Assembly: GCA_022823665.1 (NCBI GenBank)
Contig: JAJEHN010000027.1
Coordinates: forward strand, 383-64,382
Source: Thermoanaerobaculia bacterium
GTDB lineage: Bacteria; Acidobacteriota; Thermoanaerobaculia; Multivoradales; Multivoraceae
DNA: 64,000 nt
Direction of reading: 5' to 3'
The first letter of the stretch is position 1, and every line of letters starts with the position of its first letter. Positions 29,755 to 39,760 of the stretch are shown here, in pieces. The notes beneath the pieces are model-generated. The model saw only the letters and a list, made by a program, of their open reading frames with translations, was not told the DNA's origin and ran no database searches. The position numbers were made by a program, and so were the translations under genes.

Positions 29755-31312
29755 TCACCCACGATCCACCACGAACGACACGACGCTTCTCGTTTCACGG
29801 CTGAACTCCACGGCGACAAGATGGATGGGCTGGCCGAGGCCGCGGTACTTGTCCGCGTAGTTCCTGTCCTTCAATTACGCCAGCGCGGCGCCCTCGGAAG
29901 CCATCTCGACGACCTTGAACTCGAAGAGGTACACGTTGCCGCCGAACCGCACCGCCATGTCCAGCCGCCCGTGGCTGGTCGCGTCCTCGACCGTCACGTC
30001 GAGCCCTAGCGACGCGAAGTAGGAGTAGACGACGCTCGCGTAGAAGCCCTCGTAGTGCGCAATGTCGTTGTTCGTGTACCAGTGGTAGGGGATGCTCGCG
30101 AAGAACGAGTGGAAAACGTCCCCGAGTCCCTCGATATCGTTCCGGGACAGCCAGGTCCTCCAGCCGGACGCTGTTCCTCATCTGGCCCGAGCCATCCCGC
30201 ACCAGGCGGCGAAGCAGACTGCGGTTCAGACTCTGCCTGACTTCCCGATTCGGATAACCGAGACGGTAGACGGCGCCGCCGGCAAGCTCCTCTTCGCCGA
30301 CGACCGTCAGGTATCCCGTCTGAAACAGCAACGCCTCGGTCGCCATGTCGTCGACGTCGAAGGCCGAAAGCAGATCGCTGCTGGCGAGCATCCTCGCCAG
30401 GTCCGGCGACCCGACGCGCCGCTCGAACAGGGTCTCGACCAGGAACGTCGGCGTGCCCGTCTCGAACCACCAGGCGTCGAACTCCCGCCGGTCGAACAGC
30501 AGCAGGATGTCGTAGGGGTTGTAGACCTTCCGCTCGCCCAACCAGTTGTAGCCGTTGTACCACTCCCGGATCCGCTCCCGGTCGAGACCCTCGAGTTCGG
30601 GCGCGAACACCGTGTCCAGGTCGTCGTCCGTGTATCCGCAGAGCGCGGAGTGGCGCGCGTCGAGGGTGATGTCCTTCAGGTTGTTCAGTCCCGAGAAGAG
30701 GCTGACCTTGGAGAACTTGCTCACGCCGGCAAGAAAGGCGAAGCGAACGTGCGCGTCCCGGTCCTTGATCACCGAGTAGACGCCGCGCAGGTACTCCCGG
30801 TTCGCGCGGGCGACCTCGGGAACCGCTAGCGCATCCAGAATCGGCTTGTCGTACTCGTCGACGAGCACAACGACCGGCCGGCGTGTCCGGTCGTGGATCC
30901 GTTTCAGAAGATCGCCGAACCGCTCGGGCGCCGTCGCGTAACCCGACGCGACGCCGGTCCGGGCCTCCACGGCGTCGAGCTGCGCCATCAGGTTGGCGTG
31001 CAGGACGCCCTCTTCCGTGAAGTTGCCGCCGCCGAAACTGAGCCGCACGACGGGGTAACGCACGGACCAGTCCCACCGGTCATGGATGTACAGACCCCGA
31101 AACAGCGGCTCGGCGCCCTCGAACAGCTCCTTCAGCGTGTCCAGAAACAGGCTCTTGCCGAAACGGCGCGGGCGCGACAGGAAGAAGTGCGAACCTTCTT
31201 CGAGCAGCGCCTGGATCCAGGGCGTCTTGTCGACGTAGTAGTAGCTGTCGCCCTCCCGGATCTTGCGGAAGGTCTGAATGCCGATGGGCAGCTTGCGCCT
31301 GGATGGAGGCAC
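29755..31312 (-). pseudogene. AAA-ATPase-like + PD-(D/E)XK nuclease protein, disrupted
   Basis: LPIGIQTF, YVDKT, RPRRFGKSL and VDEYDKP. A frameshift near 30151 moves the C-terminus (YEGFYASV, GRLDM, LFEFK) to another frame, which also has an in-frame TAA near 29876 before LKDRNYADKY. Confidence 0.85.
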
Positions 31313-31489
31313 GCCTACTCCGCCTCCTCAAGATCCACGACCCCCATGCCGTGCCCGGCGCCGCGGTGGATCGGTGTCTCGGCCAACAGGCCGAGCATCG
31401 CTGGTTTCATCGGTACCCTCCCGGGGCGTTGGAATGTAACACCGCCGTCAGCCGACTTCCTCCCGCCTGAAGGCTACGAGCTTGCGCAC

Positions 31490-31940
31490 GGCATCCTGGC
31501 CCAGGCCGACAGCGGAGCGGTGACCGCGGGCGAACTGATCGAGGATCTGCTTTCCGCCCAGATCGTGCTGCGCAACGAGCACCGCCTGCAGACGGCGATG
31601 CGCTCCTCGCGCCTGCCGGCGGTCAAGACCCTCGATCGGTTCGACTTCAGCTTTCGGCTGAGCATCGTCAACATCCGGGGCAACAGCTACCGGATGAGGG
31701 CCCACCAGGACCTGCTCCGCCCCGCCCACGACGAGCGACGCCAGGAAACCGCCTCGCGATCAGCCCCCAACCCCCGGCCTCGGCACGCCTCCGGTGTCGG
31801 CCGGAGGGAGCGGAGCGACCGGAGGCCGACACCGGAGCCCTGGGCCGCTACTCCGGACGCCTGCTCAGGACCCTGCCGCCCCCGAAGAAGTGTGCAGTTT
31901 TCAGTTGCCACAAGTGGGACATTTTCGGCTGCCATTGACA
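31490..31940 (+). mobile_element. IS21-family remnant: internally deleted istB plus right end
   Basis: IstB N-terminal motif (RLPAVKTLDRFDFSF) joined to the C-terminal motif (IVNIRGNSYRM). Two imperfect 21-bp repeats (31890-31910, 31914-31934) and a terminal CA at 31940 fit an IS21 end. Confidence 0.75.
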
Positions 31941-31957
31941 ATGTGCCAACTTGGCAA

Positions 31958-33540
31958 CGGTCTATCCCCGCAGGTGCGGGGGAACCAGTCCGTTCCGCAC
32001 CGACGGATTCATCCACTTGGGTCTATCCCCGCAGGTGCGGGGGAACCTCCGGGCGGCCCGCTGAAGCCGGTCGGGTATGGGGTCTATCCCCGCAGGTGCG
32101 GGGGAACCGCGAAAAGAGGGGTGCGCATGACTCGCGGCATGGGTCTATCCCCGCAGGTGCGGGGGAACCCGGTTGCTGCCTGACCCCTGAATAGTACGGG
32201 ACGGTCTATCCCCGCAGGTGCGGGGGAACCCGAAGGTGCCCGGGGTTCACACACAGCTTCGTGGGTCTATCCCCGCAGGTGCGGGGGAACCTCGATGCGG
32301 CGATCTGACCGACACGTCCCCTTGGGTCTATCCCCGCAGGTGCGGGGGAACCGCGGTGATCGCGTCGACCCTTCTACAGCCCGGGGGTCTATCCCCGCAG
32401 GTGCGGGGGAACCGAGACGAATGTCTTCGATCAGGTAGGCGTAGTGGGTCTATCCCCGCAGGTGCGGGGGAACCCTTGACCCAAAGAATGGTTCTGCCCA
32501 TCGTCTAGGGTCTATCCCCGCAGGTGCGGGGGAACCTCCAAGGACGCGACCAGCGTCGGCAGCGGCGGAGGTCTATCCCCGCAGGTGCGGGGGAACCCCG
32601 TCGGCCTTGAAGTCCTTCGACATCGTCTTGGGTCTATCCCCGCAGGTGCGGGGGAACCGCCGTCGCGCTCGGCATCGTCCAGTCGCGTTCGGGTCTATCC
32701 CCGCAGGTGCGGGGGAACCGTGTCCGGGTCGAAGCTGACGCCGTCCGGCAGGGGTCTATCCCCGCAGGTGCGGGGGAACCTGATCGAAGCCCCAGGAGTT
32801 CAGCGGCAACTGGGGTCTATCCCCGCAGGTGCGGGGGAACCGCGCCTGTGCCGCGCCCACGGCGTCGACGACGGGTCTATCCCCGCAGGTGCGGGGGAAC
32901 CGGGTCGTCCCCCGCAGGTGCGGGGGAACCGGGTCGTCGCCCTTCATGACCTGGTTACCGATGGGTCTATCCCCGCAGGTGCGGGGGAACCCAGGCTCGC
33001 GCCGGCGAAGGCGCGGCCATCCTGGGTCTATCCCCGCAGGTGCGGGGGAACCGGCTCCGTGGGCGCGTCCTCGGGCACGGTCGCGGGTCTATCCCCGCAG
33101 GTGCGGGGGAACCCTCTTATTCATTGCTCGGTCTCCTGGGCTGCTGGGTCTATCCCCGCAGGTGCGGGGGAACCCGCGTCCCGGACGGGATCTCCTTGTC
33201 GATCTTGGGTCTATCCCCGCAGGTGCGGGGGAACCGGGTTCCTCCTCCTCGGCCCGGGGGCCGCGTTGGGTCTATCCCCGCAGGTGCGGGGGAACCGTCC
33301 GGATCCCGATCGACACGTCGATTGCGTCGGGTCTATCCCCGCAGGTGCGGGGGAACCACGTCCTCGTCGCCTTCCCCGAGCAGGTCCACGGGTCTATCCC
33401 CGCAGGTGCGGGGGAACCTCACCTGGACCGGCTGCGCGATGCGCTGGCCCGGGTCTATCCCCGCAGGTGCGGGGGAACCGACGGTTCCGTCGAGCTCGAC
33501 GTGACGGACCGGGGTCTATCCCCGCAGGTGCGGGGGAACC
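31958..33540 (-). CRISPR. Type I-E CRISPR array: 26 canonical 29-bp repeats plus one chimeric spacer-less unit, 25 spacers of 31-33 bp
   Basis: Minus-strand repeat GGTTCCCCCGCACCTGCGGGGATAGACCC with 61-bp periodicity and a CCCCGC/GCGGGG hairpin. Lies downstream of cas2. Confidence 0.98.
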
Positions 33541-33651
33541 TCTGGCCATTTTGGCCGATTCCCCGGGAAGAGTCGAGGCCCTGCCACGCCCCTTAGAGGC
33601 CGCAGCTTGGTGTTTCGTTTCAGATGTCAAAGAACGAGCATCACCGCGCGT
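33541..33651 (-). promoter_or_regulatory. CRISPR leader
   Basis: Non-coding region between the cas2 stop and the first repeat; includes an AT-richer GTTCTTTGACATCTGAAAC segment. Confidence 0.7.
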
Positions 33652-33945
33652 TCACGATCTCTTGACGAGCAGAACGCCGTCGGCGTCCCAGATGTTCTTC
33701 GGGGGGTCGCCAAGATGACGAAGCGCCAAGCCTCCTGCGGCTGTGCCGTCCCGCCAGATCATGGCCACAGCTCCGTTGCCCAAGGTGGTAAACCAGTCTT
33801 CAACCACGGCCCACACTCGCTCCCGCACGCCGGCCGAGAGGTCGGGGGACACATACACGCCGGGGGCCACTTCGAGCATCGCGGACGCCAGAAACCCCCG
33901 GTATCTGGCTTCGACGTCCCGAGTGACGACCACGGTCATAGGCAT
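33652..33945 (-). CDS. cas2: Type I-E Cas2
   Basis: MTVVVTRDV..RYRGFLAS.MLEVAPGVYV, DADGVLLV; no DEDDh fusion. Confidence 0.95.
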   Translation of the reverse strand: MPMTVVVTRDVEARYRGFLASAMLEVAPGVYVSPDLSAGVRERVWAVVEDWFTTLGNGAVAMIWRDGTAAGGLALRHLGDPPKNIWDADGVLLVKRS

Positions 33946-33949
33946 GGTC

Positions 33950-34852
33950 TTATGGACTCCCGAGCAGGGGAGTCTCCGCTTCCTCGAAGAGAGCCTTGAT
34001 GCGGTCGATCATCTTCGGGATGGTCCGTTCCCGTTGCAGGGTTCGCCCGCATTCTCGGCGGGTAACCCGCTCGATGTTCCGGCGGCCGGCGCTCTCCTTC
34101 ACTTTGCGAGCAGAGCAGAACGCCACCGGTATCGTGACGGAGTCGCGAAACAGGTCGGCGATGTCTAGCACGAACGACTGTCCGGGATCCTCGTGGATGA
34201 AGCCGAGTTGCGGCAGGGTGGCCGTGGCGGACACGGCGATCGCGGCTGCTGCCTCAACCGCGCTCACGGCGTGGTTCAGCGCTTGGTTGGGCAGGTCGCT
34301 GGTGCCCGGTCGCGCTCTGTCGTAGCGGCGCCCTCGCCAGTCGATTCCGGCCCGGATCGCAGCCAGACGGTAGGTCTCTTTCATCCGAGCGCCTTCGATG
34401 CCGCGCAGGACAGAGATTTTCTCGTTTGACAGAACTTCTCCCATCCGCCAGGCGTACATGCGCCGAGCGACGTGAAGGCGGGTGCTCGGGTCCGCCCATG
34501 CCCGAGCTTGCCGTCGCGCGAGGCCCGAGCGGTTGGCGATGAGCGGCGGCGCCGTGTAGCAACGCACGCCGTCCTCACCGACCGCCGCGAGAGCCGTACC
34601 GTGCCTCGCCAGTAGTCGGAGCGCGTCGTGGCTCACGGTGGAACCGGGGCCGATGAGGATCATCGAGACGCCCTGCAGCGGGATGCCGTAGTGACCCGGG
34701 TCGAGCGGATCGTTCTCCTTCTTCTTCGCTCCGCGTTCGAAGGACAGCGTGCCGTCCCGGGCCGTCAACGCGCCGCGGCAAAGCCACAGGAGACCAGCCC
34801 GGTCAGCATGCGGAATCCGGGCCGTTTCGAGCCCAAGGCGTCCCTTGAGCAT
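33950..34852 (-). CDS. cas1: Type I-E Cas1
   Basis: IGPGSTVSHDA, LRGIEGARM, NQALN, LGFIHE..SFVLDIADL. Confidence 0.96.
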   Translation of the reverse strand: MLKGRLGLETARIPHADRAGLLWLCRGALTARDGTLSFERGAKKKENDPLDPGHYGIPLQGVSMILIGPGSTVSHDALRLLARHGTALAAVGEDGVRCYTAPPLIANRSGLARRQARAWADPSTRLHVARRMYAWRMGEVLSNEKISVLRGIEGARMKETYRLAAIRAGIDWRGRRYDRARPGTSDLPNQALNHAVSAVEAAAAIAVSATATLPQLGFIHEDPGQSFVLDIADLFRDSVTIPVAFCSARKVKESAGRRNIERVTRRECGRTLQRERTIPKMIDRIKALFEEAETPLLGSP

Positions 34853-35641
34853 TCAGCGATTGGGTGCGCGCCGGCCCGGTGGTCGAAGCAGCAGCATGCC
34901 GTAGCCGTAGGCTCGGTGCCGCCCCACGCCCTTGTGGAGTAGCCGGATGAACTCGTCTTCGCTGGCGACCGTCATCGTGCCGTGGAGGACTGCATCGGGT
35001 CCCTCCGGCCCGCCGCTGTCACCACGAATCGCGCGGGTGCGTTGAAATGCGGCCAGTTCGCAATGTTCGATGGAGGCTGCGCCGCCCAGGCGTTCGGACA
35101 ACCACTCCGTGTAGACCGACTGGCGGGTGACGCCGGCGTTGGCGGCGGCCGACGTGGGAGACGTCCCCGACTCCGCCGGGAAACTCCGGATCAACTCCAA
35201 ACGGTACGCGTCCACCTCGCTGCCTCTCTTGAGCGACGAGCCGAGCTGCGGGTCGTGTACGTCGCTTCTCACCCGGCGCACGGGCCGAAGCCGCAGATCG
35301 AAACCGAGACGCTTCCCTTGATCGAAGTGCGCGGGCATCGGCTTTGACCGCAGACGTAGAGGATCGACTACAGCTTCGCAGTCCGGCGGAGCGACGGCGG
35401 CTGCCAGCTTCCGCAAATCGGTGTGATCGACACCGGAATAGCCGTAGAGTGCCGCTTCGCGGCGACGTTCCGAGGCGAACAGGCGGAAGGGCTGAAGCAC
35501 GGCTTTGCCGAACAGGGAGGACAGGAGAATGTGGAAAGCGTAGCCCGCGTCGAAGGTGCGCCGCCGGATCAAGCCGCGTTCGCCGGCCCAACGGTTGAAC
35601 CTGCGCATGTCGAGCGGTACATGGATCAGGTGCAGCTTCAT
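34853..35641 (-). CDS. cas6e: Type I-E Cas6e (Cse3)
   Basis: ATG at 35641 overlaps the cas5 stop; C-terminal Gly-rich loop GVGRHRAYGYGMLL. Confidence 0.93.
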   Translation of the reverse strand: MKLHLIHVPLDMRRFNRWAGERGLIRRRTFDAGYAFHILLSSLFGKAVLQPFRLFASERRREAALYGYSGVDHTDLRKLAAAVAPPDCEAVVDPLRLRSKPMPAHFDQGKRLGFDLRLRPVRRVRSDVHDPQLGSSLKRGSEVDAYRLELIRSFPAESGTSPTSAAANAGVTRQSVYTEWLSERLGGAASIEHCELAAFQRTRAIRGDSGGPEGPDAVLHGTMTVASEDEFIRLLHKGVGRHRAYGYGMLLLRPPGRRAPNR

Positions 35642-36351
35642 GCTTCGGCCCGTGGGGCCGCGATCAGGCCCTCGCAGACCTCCCTCCCGCCGCCGTGGAG
35701 GCCGCTGACCCAGTTTCGCTCGTCCGTCACGGTCGTGGTTCGGTTGCTTCCGTCGGTCCCCTCCGCTACCGGCCAGGAAGCGAACAGACTTTCTGAACCG
35801 GTCGGCGCGACGGTCTCGATCGCCTCGCGTGCCGAGGGCGCCTCCACCCAGTCCTTGAAGATCGGGGCCGACGGCAGGCAGCATTTGCGGCCGATGAACA
35901 ACGGCCTTGCCGGCCGGTCGAGGGCGGCCTGCAGCTCTTCCATCGTAGGAAAGGCCTCCGCGGATTCCAGCCTCAGCACGACGCTCAGTCGCAGGTCCGC
36001 GTGGTACTCGCGCCAGCGCTGGTGCGCCCCTTCGTAGGTCTTGGGGCCCCCGTCGCGCCCAGCGGGAACGCCCCGAGTCGTCCAGGCCCGGTCGCTCTTG
36101 CCGAGTTGCGCGGTCTGGTAGTCCACCATGCGGCTCAAGCCGATGTTCCGCTCCCAGACGGCGCCGAAGACGATCCGGTCCTGCAACGCCTGGTGCTCCG
36201 CGCGCATCGATCGGTCCCATCCCAGCGCGTTCGCGAGCAGGCCGGTCAGCATCGACTGAGCCGGGACGTTCCGAATCACGCCGTGCGCGTCGACGATCTC
36301 TCTGCCGAACGCTGCCATCGGGGCGCGCAGGCGCAGATGCATCCACCGCAT
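35638..36351 (-). CDS. cas5: Type I-E Cas5 (CasD)
   Basis: LRLRAPMAAFG, SMLTGLLANALG, REYHAD, LFIGRKCC. Confidence 0.95.
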   Translation of the reverse strand: MRWMHLRLRAPMAAFGREIVDAHGVIRNVPAQSMLTGLLANALGWDRSMRAEHQALQDRIVFGAVWERNIGLSRMVDYQTAQLGKSDRAWTTRGVPAGRDGGPKTYEGAHQRWREYHADLRLSVVLRLESAEAFPTMEELQAALDRPARPLFIGRKCCLPSAPIFKDWVEAPSAREAIETVAPTGSESLFASWPVAEGTDGSNRTTTVTDERNWVSGLHGGGREVCEGLIAAPRAEA

Positions 36352-37484
36352 CAGGCGCTGCCCGCCTTCACGACGGTGCCGGCCCAGGACGCCAGTTCCT
36401 GAAGCGATTCCGACCGTTCGGCGCCTGGAACTTCGGCTTCCTCCAGGCTGATGAACCGGCGCGCCTCGCCGGTCTCGTACAGCGCGTCGATTTTCCCGAG
36501 GAAGTCGCCAGCCCTCTGGGCCGCGGCCGACCTGTCCGGTGTGCAGGGCTTGCGGTACGCCTCCGCAAGACTTCTCGGTTGCCGGTCGCCGGCTTCAGCC
36601 AGAATCCAGCTCGCGTAGCCGTAGGGTGCCGTCGGTCCCAGCTTGGCGCCGGGCGTGACCGTGGCGATCAGGTGGACCAGACGCCGCGCGACCTCGCCGG
36701 CCATATCTGTGTCTCCGCCCAGATTAGCCACCAGTGCGTTCCTGTCCAGGACCACGTAGCCATAGAAGAGCCCCGAGGTCAGTTCGGTCTCGCCGATGTG
36801 GTCCGCGCCGGCATCGTCCTCTTGTCGCTGGAGATCGTCTACCACGGTGAAGTAGTCGCTCTCGCTTTCTTCAGCGTGCACGGTGAAGGCGTGCGCAACG
36901 TGGACCGCTGCGTCGATGTTCGCTTCCACATCGGCGGTGACCATGCGTCCGAACAGAGCGGCAGCGATCCCACCGGGGAGCGAGCACTGCTCACGAAGGG
37001 CCTTCATGTTCGCTCTCGATTCCTTCGCCCAGCCTGCGGCAGCCTCCTTGGCGGACTTGGCGTCATCCCTATGCTCCTGAGCGATCTTCAGGGCCTCGGC
37101 TGCGAGATACTCGATTTCAGGCTCTCCCAGGAGCAGCGGCTGCCGGCTCCCAGGGTCGGCCCCCTTGTCGCCGTAGACGGCCGTCTGGAAGGCGTCCGAA
37201 ATGACCTTGACAACGTCCGAGTCGTAGTCGTTCTCAAGCGGCTCGATGACTCGACGGCTCACGGTCTTGCGGGATCGAACGCTGGCAACGGCGCCGTCGA
37301 TCTCCTGCAGCGCGTGTGGGCTATCCGCTACTCGCCAGTGACGCTTGAGGCACTGTGACGAAACGCGGGTGCGCATCGCGTCGCCGTAGAGAATCCTCTT
37401 GGCGAACCCGGAATCGTCGCGGTTGAGCAGCACGGCTGCGTAGCCGTGCAGAGTGTGTAACTGGAGAAAACGTGCGTCAGGCAT
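36351..37484 (-). CDS. cas7: Type I-E Cas7 (Cse4)
   Basis: LNRDDSG..K, RVSSQCLKR, ALFGRM, VAHAFTVH, DYFTVVDD. ATG at 37484. Confidence 0.95.
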   Translation of the reverse strand: MPDARFLQLHTLHGYAAVLLNRDDSGFAKRILYGDAMRTRVSSQCLKRHWRVADSPHALQEIDGAVASVRSRKTVSRRVIEPLENDYDSDVVKVISDAFQTAVYGDKGADPGSRQPLLLGEPEIEYLAAEALKIAQEHRDDAKSAKEAAAGWAKESRANMKALREQCSLPGGIAAALFGRMVTADVEANIDAAVHVAHAFTVHAEESESDYFTVVDDLQRQEDDAGADHIGETELTSGLFYGYVVLDRNALVANLGGDTDMAGEVARRLVHLIATVTPGAKLGPTAPYGYASWILAEAGDRQPRSLAEAYRKPCTPDRSAAAQRAGDFLGKIDALYETGEARRFISLEEAEVPGAERSESLQELASWAGTVVKAGSA

Positions 37485-38040
37485 CGGTCGATGGCTCCTT
37501 GTCTTTGGACGTGCGCATGGCTGCGAAGGCAGCACGGTAGTAGTCGCGGGCAATCCAGCGGGCTGGTCGCTTGTCGTCGCCGAACAGCAAGAACTGGCCG
37601 AGTGTGACCAGGTTGAAGCGGTTGAACTCGGTTGCTGCCAGGCGCCGACAGGTGCGGACAGCGAGTTCCGGCCGCAAGTCGGGCGGTGCACCGAGCAGGC
37701 GAGCGAGGCGCAGTTCGGACACGCCGGCCTTCTGGAGGGCTTCGCCCATGCGGAGCGAACTGTCGTGGGCAGGGCGCCTGGATGACTCCCGTCCCTTCGG
37801 GGTCAGAATCGCGATCGCCTGAACCAGCGCGGCCCATTTTCGTTCAGCACCCGGGGGATCGTGCTTGGCGAGCAGCCTCCAGAAGGCCGCCGCTCCGGCG
37901 CCCTCAAGGGGGCCACGGCGGAGGGCGGCGGCGGAGCCCGGGTCAAGATGCAGAATCTCCGTCGCCAGCTTCGGGAGCACGTCCCTGGGGCCCTTGGTCG
38001 CCGTTGACGTTCCTGGCTTCTCATGTTTGTCGCTTGGCAT
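37477..38040 (-). CDS. cse2: Type I-E small subunit Cas11 (Cse2)
   Basis: PGSAAALRR, SELRLARLL, WIARDYY; lies between cas8e and cas7. Confidence 0.88.
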   Translation of the reverse strand: MPSDKHEKPGTSTATKGPRDVLPKLATEILHLDPGSAAALRRGPLEGAGAAAFWRLLAKHDPPGAERKWAALVQAIAILTPKGRESSRRPAHDSSLRMGEALQKAGVSELRLARLLGAPPDLRPELAVRTCRRLAATEFNRFNLVTLGQFLLFGDDKRPARWIARDYYRAAFAAMRTSKDKEPSTDA

Positions 38041-39613
38041 GACCTGCCTCCCATGGAGCGAAGATCCGGGGTTGGTCTGCGAAGACGCTCCTAGGTCGCC
38101 GCAGCTGTCCGTGGAACGTACTGAACGCCGTTGCCCGGGCTCGATGCCGTTGGATGACCGGGCAAGGCACGGCTTCAACCGCCTCCTCAAGGAGCGAGTC
38201 CGCTGTCGCCACCAGCCTCTTGGCGAAACGCTTCCGCTCAGCTCTCTTAGCAGCTTCGTCCTCCGCCACGAACCGGCTCTCGACCGCTCCGAAGAACAGC
38301 GGATCGATGGCCGCGTCGAAGCGGCGGGCGTAAGGGGCTGCCTTCATGCGATCCGTCCTGGTCAGGTCGCTCATCAGCTTTCCGCCGCTGGCGGCCACGG
38401 CTACTCCGAGCCTCAATGCCCTTGAGACCTCTGCGATTTCCTCGAGAAGCGCATCGCACACGGCCGCCAGATCGTCGCGCTCCTTCCGCCTGCTGAACGC
38501 CTTTACGACTCTCGGGGCGAAGACGATGTCGTTTCGCTCGTGGTAGCCGTCCGTCTTGCCTTGGCCGCCTGCCATGCCGCGAGCCACGACCCGCCATCGC
38601 TTCGTTGCCGCCGGGTCGACGGTCATCGCCCGCGGAAGCGCGTAGGCGCCTCCATCGAACAGGAGCTTGGCGAGGCGGTCGTAGCGGAATCCGGCGCTGG
38701 ACAACGACAGCGCCTTGGCATCGCCGGTGCTGACCGGGGTCCAGAAGTCGCCAATGTTGCCGTTCGCGGCCTTGGCGGCGATCCGGCTCTTCTTCGACCC
38801 GGCCGTTCTTGCCGTGATTCTCCGATCCTCCAGGCCAAGCCGAACGCGCCGGCAGACTTCGATGAAGTACGGATCCAGGTCGCCCAGGTCAAGCGATGCC
38901 GTGCCATCCCAGGGGACGGTCCAAAGAAGAGCCGCGCCGTCTTCAGGGCGGTAGTAGTCCGGATAGCTCTCCAGCAGGTGGTCTCGTTCCTCCAGCATTC
39001 GTCGCATGTCATGGAAGAGGTGGGCGCCGAAGCCTCCGTCGGCAGGCGCCAGTCCAAGGCACGGCCGGGCCGAGAAACCGCCGTTCATGCGGGCGATCCC
39101 GTAGTTGCCGGCGCCCAGGAATCCGGCCATCGTCTGGAGGTCGATCAGAGCCAACACCCAGTCGTCCGGCGCGCTCGCTGCGGCGATGGCCTGCTTGACG
39201 TCGTGGTTCTTCGACGTGACAAGGAGGTCGAGGTCGTCGGGCGTAGTGACTCGCCGCCGATACTGGCTGCGCGTGTTCCCCGCCGGGCACTGCATGAAGG
39301 CGGGCTGCGTCGGGTCCTCGACGACCAAGAGCCACGGTTCGTCGTTGGCAAACTCGGAAGTCAGACCACGCAGCAGTGTGCGCCACTCGGTGGCGGTCTG
39401 GACGGGTGCCGCCAAGTCCGCCCGTTGGAGCGCGAGCGCGCCAAGCTGGGCCAGGAAAGCGTGCCAGGCGTGTCTCTGGTGGGGGCGCAAGGCGGGGAAC
39501 GCTGCGATTGCGTCGGTGGATGCGGCCTCGTAGATGTCGGGCAGAGACATTGCGGCGGACTTGCCGTCGAGCAGGCGGACTCGAACGAGTGGGTCTATGA
39601 GGAAGTTGTGCAT
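38021..39613 (-). CDS. cse1: Type I-E large subunit Cas8e (Cse1)
   Basis: MHNFLIDPLV, RPHQRHAWHAFL, PAFMQ, GAGNYGIARMNGG, EVCRRVRL; first gene of the Cascade operon. Confidence 0.9.
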   Translation of the reverse strand: MHNFLIDPLVRVRLLDGKSAAMSLPDIYEAASTDAIAAFPALRPHQRHAWHAFLAQLGALALQRADLAAPVQTATEWRTLLRGLTSEFANDEPWLLVVEDPTQPAFMQCPAGNTRSQYRRRVTTPDDLDLLVTSKNHDVKQAIAAASAPDDWVLALIDLQTMAGFLGAGNYGIARMNGGFSARPCLGLAPADGGFGAHLFHDMRRMLEERDHLLESYPDYYRPEDGAALLWTVPWDGTASLDLGDLDPYFIEVCRRVRLGLEDRRITARTAGSKKSRIAAKAANGNIGDFWTPVSTGDAKALSLSSAGFRYDRLAKLLFDGGAYALPRAMTVDPAATKRWRVVARGMAGGQGKTDGYHERNDIVFAPRVVKAFSRRKERDDLAAVCDALLEEIAEVSRALRLGVAVAASGGKLMSDLTRTDRMKAAPYARRFDAAIDPLFFGAVESRFVAEDEAAKRAERKRFAKRLVATADSLLEEAVEAVPCPVIQRHRARATAFSTFHGQLRRPRSVFADQPRIFAPWEAGHAKRQT

Positions 39614-39624
39614 GGAGAGTCTCT

Positions 39625-39702
39625 CGCGCTTTCCCCGCTAGGGCGGGGTCGCGACATCCGCTGCGCCGCACACAGGTCTATCTCCGATGGGATCGGAGGG
39701 CG
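39625..39702 (-). ncRNA. Mini-CRISPR / CRISPR-like regulatory RNA (CreA/CreR-like): degenerate repeat, 20-nt spacer, degenerate repeat
   Basis: psiR1 (39702-39674) CGCC-CTCCGAT-CCC-ATCGGAG-ATAGACCT; spacer (39673-39654) GTGTGCGGCGCAGCGGATGT; psiR2 (39653-39625) CGCGA-CCCCGC-CCTA-GCGGGG-AAAGCGCG. Both pseudo-repeats are 29 nt. The spacer matches 40078-40059 at 18/20. Confidence 0.85.
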
Positions 39703-39760
39703 AGTGCTTGCTGGCTGGTACGATGCCGAGGATCGTCGATGAGCAACCACAGTGGTGATG

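Noticed and set aside
30893-32194. 433-aa ORF as a real gene
   Set aside because: It is a chimera of antisense AAA-ATPase sequence, istB fragments and CRISPR repeats.
31987-33511. Possible self-targeting by main-array spacers
   Set aside because: By eye only ~10-13-nt matches were seen (e.g. TCCAAGGACG in pstS, CGGTTCCGTCGAG in supA), as expected by chance. The search was not exhaustive.
33600-33630. TTGACA in the CRISPR leader as a sigma70 promoter
   Set aside because: No plausible -10 at 16-18 bp; more likely part of a leader integration motif.
31794-33718. Repetitive ORFs across the array (GSIPAGAGEP, VYPRRCGGT)
   Set aside because: These are translations of CRISPR repeats.
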